Shown in pieces: positions 1 through 8,228 of a stretch of DNA of 25,964 bases. Location of the stretch: the IMG/VR virus record IMGVR_UViG_3300032327_001521; one strand, 5' to 3'. A program made the translations under genes and the position numbers. A model generated the notes under the pieces. It was given only the letters and a program-made list of their open reading frames with translations. It did not search any database and was not told the origin of the DNA. This stretch comes from a virus (lineage: Duplodnaviria > Heunggongvirae > Uroviricota > Caudoviricetes). Position 1 is the first letter of the stretch, and each line of letters opens with the position of its first letter.

Positions 1-3
1 AGG

Positions 4-12
4 GTTATTTAT
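4..12 (-). promoter_or_regulatory. Putative late promoter ATAAATAAC for the next gene (outside window)
   Basis: Same 9-mer as found upstream of several gene starts; lies just after the capsid terminator; resembles T4 late promoter TATAAATA. Confidence 0.5.
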
Positions 13-36
13 TTGAACCCAACTCAATAAAAAGAA

Positions 37-63
37 AAAAGGCTCCCTTATGAGGAGCCTTTT
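37..63 (-). terminator. Rho-independent terminator downstream of major capsid gene
   Basis: Minus strand reads AAAAGGCTCC-TCATAAG-GGAGCCTTTT followed by TTCTTTT, about 20 nt after the capsid stop codon. Confidence 0.88.
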
Positions 64-85
64 GGAAAAACTAAATCTAATTGAA

Positions 86-1816
86 TTAGTATGTGTAGCT
101 AGCAGATGGTCTGTAAGAACCAGTAAGAACGCCTAGACCGTTTACAGTCATGGTGATGTACTGAGTTTCTGGATGCCAACCGGCTTCTGTGATAGCATAA
201 CGAGACTTCATACCAATCTTTGGAGAGAATGTTCCCTCTGCGATTGTTTGAAGAGACTCAGCCATGATATACGGCAAGAACTTAACACCAGGCTCCTCAT
301 CAGCTCCCTTACGACCGATGTGGATACGGTTATCAGAGAATTTCAGATTAGGATCAACGAATACAGTCAAACCGTGTACTTTACCAGCAGGGTAAAGACC
401 TCCAGCAGTAGAAGGCATATCATTGTTGAATGGTGCAAAAGAGTAACCAGCAACGTCAGCAAGAGCAGAAGCTACGCGACCGTTAGTTACAATGTATGTA
501 CCAGCTCCAAAACGACCTCTATGATAGATCAAGTTAGCCATTTCAAGAATCTTGGTTACAATTCTACGCTGTAGAGTTGAGGTGTTCTCAAAACCAGTTG
601 AACCAACTGTTAGATCAACGGTAGTAAGTGATCCAGCTGCGCCGTATGCTCCACCGTTTCCTTCAACTGATTCGATAGTTGTAGCGTGAGCCTTACCAAG
701 GGCAAGAACACGGTCAACTAGTTTCTTGTTGATAGACTGAGCAAGTTCGTTAACTGCTACGTTCTCAAGCATTGAGATAACGTCAAAGTTCCAAACTCGG
801 TTCAAATCCTGGATTTGCTCAACTGTAGCAGAGATTGACACTTGGTCGCCTTTTGCCTCAATGAACTTAGTAAACATACGAAGACCCATTTGACGGAACT
901 TAGAGTTCTCAGCTGTAGCACGAGTCATTCCTTCTACTTCATAACCGGAGTTAGAGTTTAGGAAAGGTCCCTGTAAAGTTCCATCTGCTGAATCCCAATC
1001 AGTATCACTAATTGAAGTAAATCCAGAAATATGATTCTCAAGAGCAGATACTAATTGCACAGCAGCTGCTGTGAAAGTTGTATTAGCTGCACCAAGTCCA
1101 TCAAGCGGAGCAGCATACGTACCTGCATCAGATCCAATTGCAGTTGTTGCAATCGCCTCAAGAGCAGCACCTACTGTATAAGTTGCGCTGTCTGAACCAG
1201 TTACAACTTTAAGTACAGGAAGTCCGCTTACGCGAGATTTACCAACATATTGGAATTTAAAGTCAGAGTAAGTTCCTCCAGACTGTGCAATATACTTACC
1301 TACCGCAATAGCTGGATCAATGGTTGGGATCGTAACTAGGAAGGGCTCATATTGAGTACCTGTGTTACCACCTTGATAAACGTAATCTAGGTAAGGAAGA
1401 AATCCAACTGGAGAATCCATAGGAACAACACCAACTAGGTCGAAACCAATAGTTTTAGCTGCAACTTGAATAGCTACAGGAAGAAGGCTTGGGAATTTAT
1501 CACCAGAGCCTGATACATTAGCACCATATCCACCTTTAGTAAGAGTTCCAGTCCCAAGACCAGAGAATGGAGTTTGCTGGTACGTTGGAGCTACAATAGA
1601 GCCCATAGCGCTAATTGAACCTGGCTGCTGAAGGAAAAGTCCTGGAGCGGCAGCGGCTTCGTTGATTGAGCCAGAATTATCGAAAATAGCGTGGTTGTGA
1701 GCGTAATCAACCAACCAAGGGCGAGATGATACGTTAACACCATAGCTTTCCAACACCGGTGACCATGTTTCAGTTACTGAAGCATCGTTCAGCCTTTTGA
1801 AAATTTTAGTTGCCAT
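86..1816 (-). CDS. gp23: Major capsid protein, T4 gp23-like
   Basis: gp23-family motifs: IGFDLVGVVPMDSPVG, ATVEQIQDLN, NELAQSINK, RRIVTKILEMANLIYHRGRFG, VFVDP, FLPYIM, FSPKIGMKSRYA; N-terminal propeptide ending SINE; lies next to prohead protease. Confidence 0.93.
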   Translation of the reverse strand: MATKIFKRLNDASVTETWSPVLESYGVNVSSRPWLVDYAHNHAIFDNSGSINEAAAAPGLFLQQPGSISAMGSIVAPTYQQTPFSGLGTGTLTKGGYGANVSGSGDKFPSLLPVAIQVAAKTIGFDLVGVVPMDSPVGFLPYLDYVYQGGNTGTQYEPFLVTIPTIDPAIAVGKYIAQSGGTYSDFKFQYVGKSRVSGLPVLKVVTGSDSATYTVGAALEAIATTAIGSDAGTYAAPLDGLGAANTTFTAAAVQLVSALENHISGFTSISDTDWDSADGTLQGPFLNSNSGYEVEGMTRATAENSKFRQMGLRMFTKFIEAKGDQVSISATVEQIQDLNRVWNFDVISMLENVAVNELAQSINKKLVDRVLALGKAHATTIESVEGNGGAYGAAGSLTTVDLTVGSTGFENTSTLQRRIVTKILEMANLIYHRGRFGAGTYIVTNGRVASALADVAGYSFAPFNNDMPSTAGGLYPAGKVHGLTVFVDPNLKFSDNRIHIGRKGADEEPGVKFLPYIMAESLQTIAEGTFSPKIGMKSRYAITEAGWHPETQYITMTVNGLGVLTGSYRPSASYTY

Positions 1817-1837
1817 TTTGTTAAAAATGTTTTTTTA

Positions 1838-3109
1838 TTATGCTCTTCTTTTAAGAGCGTCCAGATAATTACTTGAGTAACCTCTTAGACTTTCGTTCAC
1901 TTGTTCTAACGAAATATAACCCTCTTTACCTTGGCCTTCGTTAATAACTTTTTTATTTATATCGGCTTGTTGTGCAATTCTTTCATTAATTCCTCTTAAA
2001 TCGCGCGAATCCCAAAATGTTTTTGCTTGATATGGAGTATTAATAACGACAGTTGATGCTTGTGAAGCAATCCAATTACGCTCACGATCAGTCATGCTTT
2101 CAAAAAGGTTCTTGTATTTCTCTGGCATAAACTTAACGTATGCTGGAGTATTTTCAACCTCTTTATTCATAACTGCCTCCATGATATTGATAACCTCTCC
2201 TTCTGTGAAGAATATGGCCCCTTTCATGGTCTCAACAATTGCAGACTTAGTAGACTGCTCAAGAGAATAGAATTTTTGCTTGTTTGATTCACTAAGCAGT
2301 TTTAAGAACGGGTACTTATTTTCAAGAACCGCATTTGCTGAATTTGATTTAATGTGAGATAGGATTCCGTCTACTGCACTTGCTAGCTCATCAACTCCAG
2401 ATGTTTCAGAAACTTCAAAGCGTGCGCTTTCGTTAAGCTTCTTAACGTCAGAAAGAAGTTTTCGAGTTTTAAGATTTGTATTTGGAGTAAGCTTTTCATT
2501 CATAGCCTCTGCGATATACTCGGAATAGGCAATTCCCTTTTGAAGATTTTCGCCAAGATACTCAGAATACTTGATAGCTGCATCAAGATTTTCAGCAAGA
2601 TAGTTTGAGAATTTAATACCCTTTTCAGCACTTTCAGCAACATACTCGGAATACTGGATTCCTTTGTCAACGTTTTCTGCAAGGTAGTTAGCATAGGCAA
2701 TATTCTTTTCTACTGCTTCGGCAATGTATTCGCCATAGTTGATAGATTGATTTACCTTTTCGCCTAGATAGTCGGAATATTGAATATTCTTTTGGATTTT
2801 TTCGCCAAGATAATCAGAGTAGTCAATTACGTTGTTAACCTTTTCGGCAACGTGCTCAGTATAGCCAATTCCCTTATTCAACATTGTTGAAAGGTAGTTA
2901 GAATACCCGACCATTTTCTCTAATTCTCCAGCTAGGTAGTTTACGTACTCTACTAGTTTATTGTTTACGTCTGCGCTCCCAGAATTTTCATTTAAGGATT
3001 TTAGACCGGCATTGTTTTTCGAGAGGCTTTCCTGAAGAGAATCGAATTTCTTCTTCACCAACTGCGAATACTGATTCATTTCCTCTCTAGATACAAAGTC
3101 ATTAGCCAT
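1838..3109 (-). CDS. Putative nested in-frame scaffolding protein starting at internal Met236 (MANDFVSREE...)
   Basis: In-frame ATG at 3107-3109 preceded by A-rich ACAAAATAATAACAAAAAC and by ATAAATAA at 3144-3151, at the protease/scaffold boundary. Confidence 0.55.
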   Translation of the reverse strand: MANDFVSREEMNQYSQLVKKKFDSLQESLSKNNAGLKSLNENSGSADVNNKLVEYVNYLAGELEKMVGYSNYLSTMLNKGIGYTEHVAEKVNNVIDYSDYLGEKIQKNIQYSDYLGEKVNQSINYGEYIAEAVEKNIAYANYLAENVDKGIQYSEYVAESAEKGIKFSNYLAENLDAAIKYSEYLGENLQKGIAYSEYIAEAMNEKLTPNTNLKTRKLLSDVKKLNESARFEVSETSGVDELASAVDGILSHIKSNSANAVLENKYPFLKLLSESNKQKFYSLEQSTKSAIVETMKGAIFFTEGEVINIMEAVMNKEVENTPAYVKFMPEKYKNLFESMTDRERNWIASQASTVVINTPYQAKTFWDSRDLRGINERIAQQADINKKVINEGQGKEGYISLEQVNESLRGYSSNYLDALKRRA

Positions 3110-3814
3110 GTTTTTGTTATTATTTTGTGTTGGAATGTCAGAATTATTTATTCTGTATATTTTCACAGAATCCTCAAAGTTAAAACTCTCGGAAATCTCT
3201 GTAAGAGTATTTGTAATAGCTGTGCTCTTTAATCCGTCAAGCGATTCGAATAGCATTGAGTAATTGGAGCCTAGGCTCTCAGAAACCTGGCTAAGAGCAG
3301 CTTGTGAGAAACCTGGTTCAGCTACTAGATCATATGTGAAGATTTTCTGTAACTTTACTTTGCCGCCTTCCATTACTTGACCTGCAGCTCTAGACGAGGT
3401 TGAGATTGTACAACCTGACTCAACTAGAGTCTTTGCAATTCTTCCGCATGGCGTGTCTAGTACCTTAAGTTTAATTCTAACGGTATTTGATGACTCATCA
3501 TACTTTAATGACTCAACAACGTGAGACACATTCTTTAGAGAAACATCAAAGCTTTGTGGATGATCCATCTCGCCAAAAAGTTGACCCTTATTGATTTTTT
3601 CATTAAGGTAACTTAGATGAGGTAAGTATTCCTGCTTCTCGTAGATTCTGTTGTTTTCATTACGTTGTCCGAAAACAGCGCAAATACCTTCAAGGATAAG
3701 CGTCCCGTCATTCGCCTTTGAAACGTTCAACGCTTCATTAACCCTCTCAATGATGAACACATTGTTATCAGGGAGGCTCGTACTGTGCAATAATTTTGGT
3801 TTAGCGCTAGTCAA
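1838..3814 (-). CDS. gp21: Prohead core protease (T4 gp21-like) fused to a gp22-like scaffolding region with 14-aa repeats
   Basis: N-terminal ~170 aa have LEGICA, NENNRIY, GEMDHP (catalytic His), VSH, DTPCG, STSSRAAG (catalytic Ser), TYDLVAEPGF; the rest is coiled-coil-like with YSEYLAE-type repeats; TTG start. Confidence 0.9.
   Translation of the reverse strand: MTSAKPKLLHSTSLPDNNVFIIERVNEALNVSKANDGTLILEGICAVFGQRNENNRIYEKQEYLPHLSYLNEKINKGQLFGEMDHPQSFDVSLKNVSHVVESLKYDESSNTVRIKLKVLDTPCGRIAKTLVESGCTISTSSRAAGQVMEGGKVKLQKIFTYDLVAEPGFSQAALSQVSESLGSNYSMLFESLDGLKSTAITNTLTEISESFNFEDSVKIYRINNSDIPTQNNNKNMANDFVSREEMNQYSQLVKKKFDSLQESLSKNNAGLKSLNENSGSADVNNKLVEYVNYLAGELEKMVGYSNYLSTMLNKGIGYTEHVAEKVNNVIDYSDYLGEKIQKNIQYSDYLGEKVNQSINYGEYIAEAVEKNIAYANYLAENVDKGIQYSEYVAESAEKGIKFSNYLAENLDAAIKYSEYLGENLQKGIAYSEYIAEAMNEKLTPNTNLKTRKLLSDVKKLNESARFEVSETSGVDELASAVDGILSHIKSNSANAVLENKYPFLKLLSESNKQKFYSLEQSTKSAIVETMKGAIFFTEGEVINIMEAVMNKEVENTPAYVKFMPEKYKNLFESMTDRERNWIASQASTVVINTPYQAKTFWDSRDLRGINERIAQQADINKKVINEGQGKEGYISLEQVNESLRGYSSNYLDALKRRA
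1953..1961 (-). promoter_or_regulatory. Putative late promoter TATAAATAA for major capsid gene, embedded in the scaffold 3' end
   Basis: Exact T4 late consensus TATAAATA about 137 nt upstream of the capsid ATG. Confidence 0.55.
2495..2947 (-). repeat. About 11 tandem 14-aa (42-nt) repeats, consensus YS(E/D/N)Y(L/I/V)(A/G)ExxxKxIx
   Basis: YVNYLAGELEKMVG / YSNYLSTMLNKGIG / YTEHVAEKVNNVID / YSDYLGEKIQKNIQ / YSDYLGEKVNQSIN / YGEYIAEAVEKNIA / YANYLAENVDKGIQ / YSEYVAESAEKGIK / FSNYLAENLDAAIK / YSEYLGENLQKGIA / YSEYIAEAMNE. Confidence 0.95.
3144..3151 (-). promoter_or_regulatory. Putative internal late promoter ATAAATAA for nested scaffold
   Basis: Motif about 35 nt upstream of internal ATG 3109; encodes INN in the linker. 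Confidence 0.5.
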
Positions 3815-3831
3815 TTTGATACGACTTTTTT

Positions 3832-3841
3832 GTTATTTATA
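3832..3841 (-). promoter_or_regulatory. Late promoter TATAAATAAC upstream of prohead protease
   Basis: Exact T4 late consensus in the intergenic gap, 18 nt before the TTG start; a second ATAAATAAC at 3876-3884 overlaps the dnaJ stop. Confidence 0.7.
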
Positions 3842-3880
3842 TAGCAGCTTCGCCTAAATAGCTGACTATACTAACGTTAT

Positions 3881-4750
3881 TTATCCCATTGCCGTAAGGA
3901 TTTTGCTTAGCGCATTTGACTCTTCTTCTGAAAGCTTGGTTATGTCAGGTTTAGCCACCTTAAGTTCAAAAAGGTAGGCTCCACGATTTCCATTTTGTGA
4001 CATTAGGCCTTGACCTTGAACTTTAACCCGAATATCCGATAAATTACCTGCTACAATTGATGTTATCTTATACTTTTTACCTAGCGGATTCTCCAATATA
4101 ATCTCATCAGAGAAAAGAATTTGTTGCAGACTCACATCAACTCGCTGTACTAAATCTAGGCCACTCATTGTTATGCCCATCATATCAACCAGAACACGTA
4201 TTATGAGATCACCAGTTGAGCTTGTTTGGGTTGGTCTGCCGAAGAAATCATTTCTTTCAAACACCATGCTTGATCCTCCGCCTCTAACTCTTAACACAAT
4301 AGCATCGTGATTTCTAACCTTTGTAAATGGATACTCACTCTTGCTCAAGTCAATTTTAACCTTTACTGACTTGTTTTCAAAACCTGAGGTTGACAGCCCT
4401 GATTTTGAAATTCTATAATCAATTGTGAACTCTAGGCCAGCCATTAGCTCAGCCAGGCTAAACCGGCGTTCCACTTGAATATTAAGGTGAGACGTGTCCC
4501 GCATATCAAATGAGAAATCATGAAATGCTGTAAATGGGTCAAATTGAGGATTTGACCTTGGGTTATCGTATTGCGCTCTCTTGTCTGGGTCACCGAGTAC
4601 TTCATATGCTTCAGCTATCTCTTTAAACCTGGCCTCTCCATCCGGGTTTACGTCAGGGTGAAACTTTTTACTTAGATTACGGTAAGCTTTTTTTATCTCT
4701 TCTTGGCTAGCCGACTTGTCCATGCCAAGTATTTCATAATAATTTTTCAA
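3881..4750 (-). CDS. dnaJ: DnaJ/CbpA-like J-domain co-chaperone lacking the Zn-finger
   Basis: NYYEILG...[20 protein letters not shown]...[22 protein letters not shown]-domain with HPD; C-terminal GDLIIRV and VQGQGL...RGAYLFEL; no CxxCxGxG repeats; TTG start. Confidence 0.92.
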   Translation of the reverse strand: MKNYYEILGMDKSASQEEIKKAYRNLSKKFHPDVNPDGEARFKEIAEAYEVLGDPDKRAQYDNPRSNPQFDPFTAFHDFSFDMRDTSHLNIQVERRFSLAELMAGLEFTIDYRISKSGLSTSGFENKSVKVKIDLSKSEYPFTKVRNHDAIVLRVRGGGSSMVFERNDFFGRPTQTSSTGDLIIRVLVDMMGITMSGLDLVQRVDVSLQQILFSDEIILENPLGKKYKITSIVAGNLSDIRVKVQGQGLMSQNGNRGAYLFELKVAKPDITKLSEEESNALSKILTAMG

Positions 4751-4834
4751 AACCGAAATCTAATTTTTAGTGTCTAGTATAGTACTTTTTATATGCCTAA
4801 AGTTTAGCTGGGCTTAACAAAACTTATATGTAAG

Positions 4835-6874
4835 GTGACATCAGCCCTATTTACGTACTACACAACTGATTTAGAAGAAGTTTTCCTAGACAACGTTAAT
4901 TCCCTAATTAAAAATTCTGACCAAAAGTACGATACTATTGTGATTTGCTCAATGGTTAGTATACCTGCTCGCATTAGTGCAGACCTTTACAGAAACCATC
5001 GAGTAGTTAGAGTCTATCCAGATCACCGAGGTAAACAAATGCTGGATCAATTACAGCGCGGAGATAAGTTTGTACTGCATCCATTTTTCTTAACTGCAAT
5101 CGCCTATCGTGGTGCAAACATAGTCACTATTTTTGATTCTAGACTATTTGTAATCAATAGAGTCCCAGCATTTAATGGTGCAAACCTATTTTATAAGACT
5201 CACACTGATCAAATTAGCCCAGGGCTTTTTACCATTCGGCCAACACCTGAGCTAACTGATATGTTGATGACAGCGTTTGTTGCAACAGACTTTAGGGATC
5301 AGCTATTGACTAATCGTTTTAGCTTTATGGTTGCTAATGCCCTAGCTGCTAGACCGTATTCAATAGTTGGCGACAAGTTTGTATTCTCCAATCCGTCTGA
5401 TTCTGCTCAAATTCGGCAGGACAAATTAATAGCGCTAGACTTCTCTAATCTAGACAAATCACGGCCAGTCTACAAACATGCCCTAGCTATTAAACAGGCA
5501 ACTCTGCCAAAGATCACTACTTTAACTAAAATAAAGAAAGCAGTAAAGTCATCAGCCAAAGTAATTGATAGAGCTATTTCAAAGATTGATATGATGCTAG
5601 CCCCTAGTCTAAATTATAGAATCTTATTTAAGTATACTTCACGAAGTCGCCCAGATCTATTTCACCGTGGTCTCTCAAGTATATTCAATAATTGCGAAAG
5701 TCAAAACTTTATGGTCTTGTGCTCTCTAGACACAGATGATGAGACCCTACCAGAGTATACAGCTGCTATTAAACAATTTCCATCCAGTCATATTAAAGCG
5801 GTATATGGAACTAGTAAGAATAAGGTAGATGCAATTAATCGAGACCTAAACTCATATAAGGGTCGATGGGATATCGTGGTTAATATGTCAGATGACATGA
5901 TATTTACCGAGTATGGATTTGATATAGTAATACGAACTGCTTTCGGAAATGACTTAGATCAGTTTATTCACTTTAATGATGGCATACAGTTTGCAAATTT
6001 ATGCTCAATGACAATCGAGGGTCGACCTTATTATCAGCGCTTTAATTACATATACAGCCCAACGTATACAAGTCTTTGGTGTGACTCTGAAGCACAAGAA
6101 GTAGCAATCAACCTGGGTAAATATAAGTATATGGGAGATGATATGTGTATCTTAAAGCACCTTCACCCAAGTGCTGGCTTTGCTGAATTTGATGACCAAT
6201 ACAAAAAAACTGAGGACCGCGCTATTTGGGCAGAAGATAAGAGAACCTATCAAATACGAAAGGCATCAGGCTTTAAGGACCCAAATCCAATAAAACAAGC
6301 CGGCTATCAGCCAAAATTATCAATTCTAATTCTTACAATCAATAGTCGAATTGATCAGTTTGCATCTCTTCTTGAAGAATTTAATGTACAAGTCAATAAA
6401 TATGATGGTAAATGCGAGATTCTATGGGAATTAGATAATGGGGAAAGAACTACTGGCGAAAAACGAAATTCTCTATTGGAGAGAGCTACTGGAGAATATG
6501 TCGCCTTTTTCGATGATGATGATTGGCCAGCTCCAAACTATGTAAGTTCAATCCTATCTGCAATTAAGTCAAAGCCAGACTGCTGCTCTCTTCTTGGAGA
6601 AATGACTACTGATGGAACAAATCCAGAGCTATTTGAGCATAGTCTAAAATATCGAGAGTGGAAAACTAATCCACATAGTCACATTCGATACGAGCGTAAT
6701 CCAAACCATCTTAATGCAATTAAATCAAGTATTGCCAAACAGATGAAATTTCCAAATATAACTTTTGGAGAAGATAAAGCCTGGTCGGATTTGCTGGCAA
6801 AAAGCGGATTACTTAAAACTGAATCAACAATTGATACTGTAATTTATTATTATCGGTATATAACTCAAAAATAA
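4835..6874 (+). CDS. Multidomain glycosyltransferase: degenerate GT8-like N-domain plus two GT-A/GT2-like domains
   Basis: Middle domain KYTSRSRP...AINRD...VNMSDDM...HLHP; C-domain LSILILT...GEKRNSLLERATGEYVAFFDDDDW...FGEDKAW; N-domain IFDS...ISPGLFTIRP is only weakly GT8-like; GTG start uncertain. Confidence 0.82.
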   Translation: MTSALFTYYTTDLEEVFLDNVNSLIKNSDQKYDTIVICSMVSIPARISADLYRNHRVVRVYPDHRGKQMLDQLQRGDKFVLHPFFLTAIAYRGANIVTIFDSRLFVINRVPAFNGANLFYKTHTDQISPGLFTIRPTPELTDMLMTAFVATDFRDQLLTNRFSFMVANALAARPYSIVGDKFVFSNPSDSAQIRQDKLIALDFSNLDKSRPVYKHALAIKQATLPKITTLTKIKKAVKSSAKVIDRAISKIDMMLAPSLNYRILFKYTSRSRPDLFHRGLSSIFNNCESQNFMVLCSLDTDDETLPEYTAAIKQFPSSHIKAVYGTSKNKVDAINRDLNSYKGRWDIVVNMSDDMIFTEYGFDIVIRTAFGNDLDQFIHFNDGIQFANLCSMTIEGRPYYQRFNYIYSPTYTSLWCDSEAQEVAINLGKYKYMGDDMCILKHLHPSAGFAEFDDQYKKTEDRAIWAEDKRTYQIRKASGFKDPNPIKQAGYQPKLSILILTINSRIDQFASLLEEFNVQVNKYDGKCEILWELDNGERTTGEKRNSLLERATGEYVAFFDDDDWPAPNYVSSILSAIKSKPDCCSLLGEMTTDGTNPELFEHSLKYREWKTNPHSHIRYERNPNHLNAIKSSIAKQMKFPNITFGEDKAWSDLLAKSGLLKTESTIDTVIYYYRYITQK

Positions 6875-6887
6875 AAACACACTCTAC

Positions 6888-7475
6888 ATGTACAGTCAGA
6901 ATAACGAAGAAGAAATTATATTGACCTATTTTAGGGATTCACCAAGCGGTAAATTTATCGACATTGGCGGGTTTCATCCAACTCAACTTAGTAATACTCG
7001 ATGCCTTGTTGAGAGAGGTTGGTCAGGCGTATATGTTGAACCATCGCCGGTTTGTATGCCAGCTTTTACTGAGGCATATTCAAATAATTCAAATATCACA
7101 CTTATTCAAAAAGCAATTACCTCAAAGTCTGGTATTGCAAAATTCTTTGAATCAAATGGGGATGCAGTAGGTACTCTAAGTGAATTGCACCGTCAACTAT
7201 GGTCAACCGCAATAAATTTTACTGAAACAGAGGTTGAAACTCTTGCAATGTCGTCCTTTTTAGAAGACCATTTTGCAGATACAGACTTCATGTCAATTGA
7301 CGTTGAGGGTACTAATCTTGAACTATTTAACCTATTACCGGATTCAGTTCTTTCTCAAATTAAAATGTTATGTATAGAGCATGAGGGAAACCACGAGTAT
7401 ATAGAAAATCGGTGTAAGGTGTTTGGCTTTAAACAGCTGCTTTGGAATGCAGAAAACATCATTCTTGCCAAATAA
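6888..7475 (+). CDS. FkbM-family SAM-dependent methyltransferase
   Basis: YSQNNEE, FIDIGG, SNT, GWSGVYVEP, DFMSIDVEG, CIEH are typical FkbM motifs. Confidence 0.9.
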   Translation: MYSQNNEEEIILTYFRDSPSGKFIDIGGFHPTQLSNTRCLVERGWSGVYVEPSPVCMPAFTEAYSNNSNITLIQKAITSKSGIAKFFESNGDAVGTLSELHRQLWSTAINFTETEVETLAMSSFLEDHFADTDFMSIDVEGTNLELFNLLPDSVLSQIKMLCIEHEGNHEYIENRCKVFGFKQLLWNAENIILAK

Positions 7476-7484
7476 TAAAATAGT

Positions 7485-8222
7485 ATGGAAAAATTAAAAC
7501 TTCCAAATGTAACTCTTTTGTGTATTGATTGCGTAAATGTGACTCGTGCAATTAATGTAGTTGAGAAATGCAAATCAGTTTGTGAATTTGGTGCAGTTAA
7601 GCTATTGACAAGTATTCCAACTGATTATCCTGAAGCAATCGAAATTATGCCTCTAAAATCCCTAGTTGCATATTCAATATTTATGCTAACTGATTCCTAT
7701 AAGTACATAGATACTTCACATGTCTTAATTGTTCAACGGGACGGTTGGATCTTAAATCCTAGTGCTTGGAAGGATGAATGGCTTAACTATGACTATATCG
7801 GACCACTCTTTATTCAATATGATCATGTAGGCAGCGGAGGCTTTTCTTTGAGAAGTCGAGCTATAATGGAATCAGCTGCAAATCTTCTCCCTATATGGAA
7901 TGGAACGCAAGAGGACGCTGATCTGATTCAGGAAAAGGTTGGATTTTACGAAGATGGATTTCTTGCATTTAGCATGATAGATCAAGGTTTTAAATATCCA
8001 TCTGCCACTGAGGCTTCATTTTTTGCGCAAGGCGGCAATGCAAATTCTGCCTATTACCAAAGCAGGCCATTTGGTTTTCATGGAGCTATTCAAAACATCG
8101 ACCACACAACCGGTGAGGTTAGTCGAGTATGTGTTCATCAAATAGCCAATCAATTATGTGAATGTAATGCTGATCATTTAAAATATATGACCGACCTGGA
8201 AACCTGTATAAAAAAATTTTAA
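7485..8222 (+). CDS. DUF5672-like putative GT-A glycosyltransferase
   Basis: LPNVTL, YIDTSHVLIVQRDGWILNP, YDYIG, VGSGGFSLRS, ED, PFGFH. Confidence 0.75.
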   Translation: MEKLKLPNVTLLCIDCVNVTRAINVVEKCKSVCEFGAVKLLTSIPTDYPEAIEIMPLKSLVAYSIFMLTDSYKYIDTSHVLIVQRDGWILNPSAWKDEWLNYDYIGPLFIQYDHVGSGGFSLRSRAIMESAANLLPIWNGTQEDADLIQEKVGFYEDGFLAFSMIDQGFKYPSATEASFFAQGGNANSAYYQSRPFGFHGAIQNIDHTTGEVSRVCVHQIANQLCECNADHLKYMTDLETCIKKF

Positions 8223-8228
8223 CACATA

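Noticed and set aside
2-20. Hairpin GGGTT...AACCC enclosing the promoter motif (N4-like hairpin promoter idea)
   Set aside because: Other copies of the motif lack a consistent flanking stem
4751-4834. Bacteroidota sigma-70 promoter in the divergent gap
   Set aside because: TAAGTTTTG on the - strand is only a near match to TAnnTTTG and no convincing -33 element was seen
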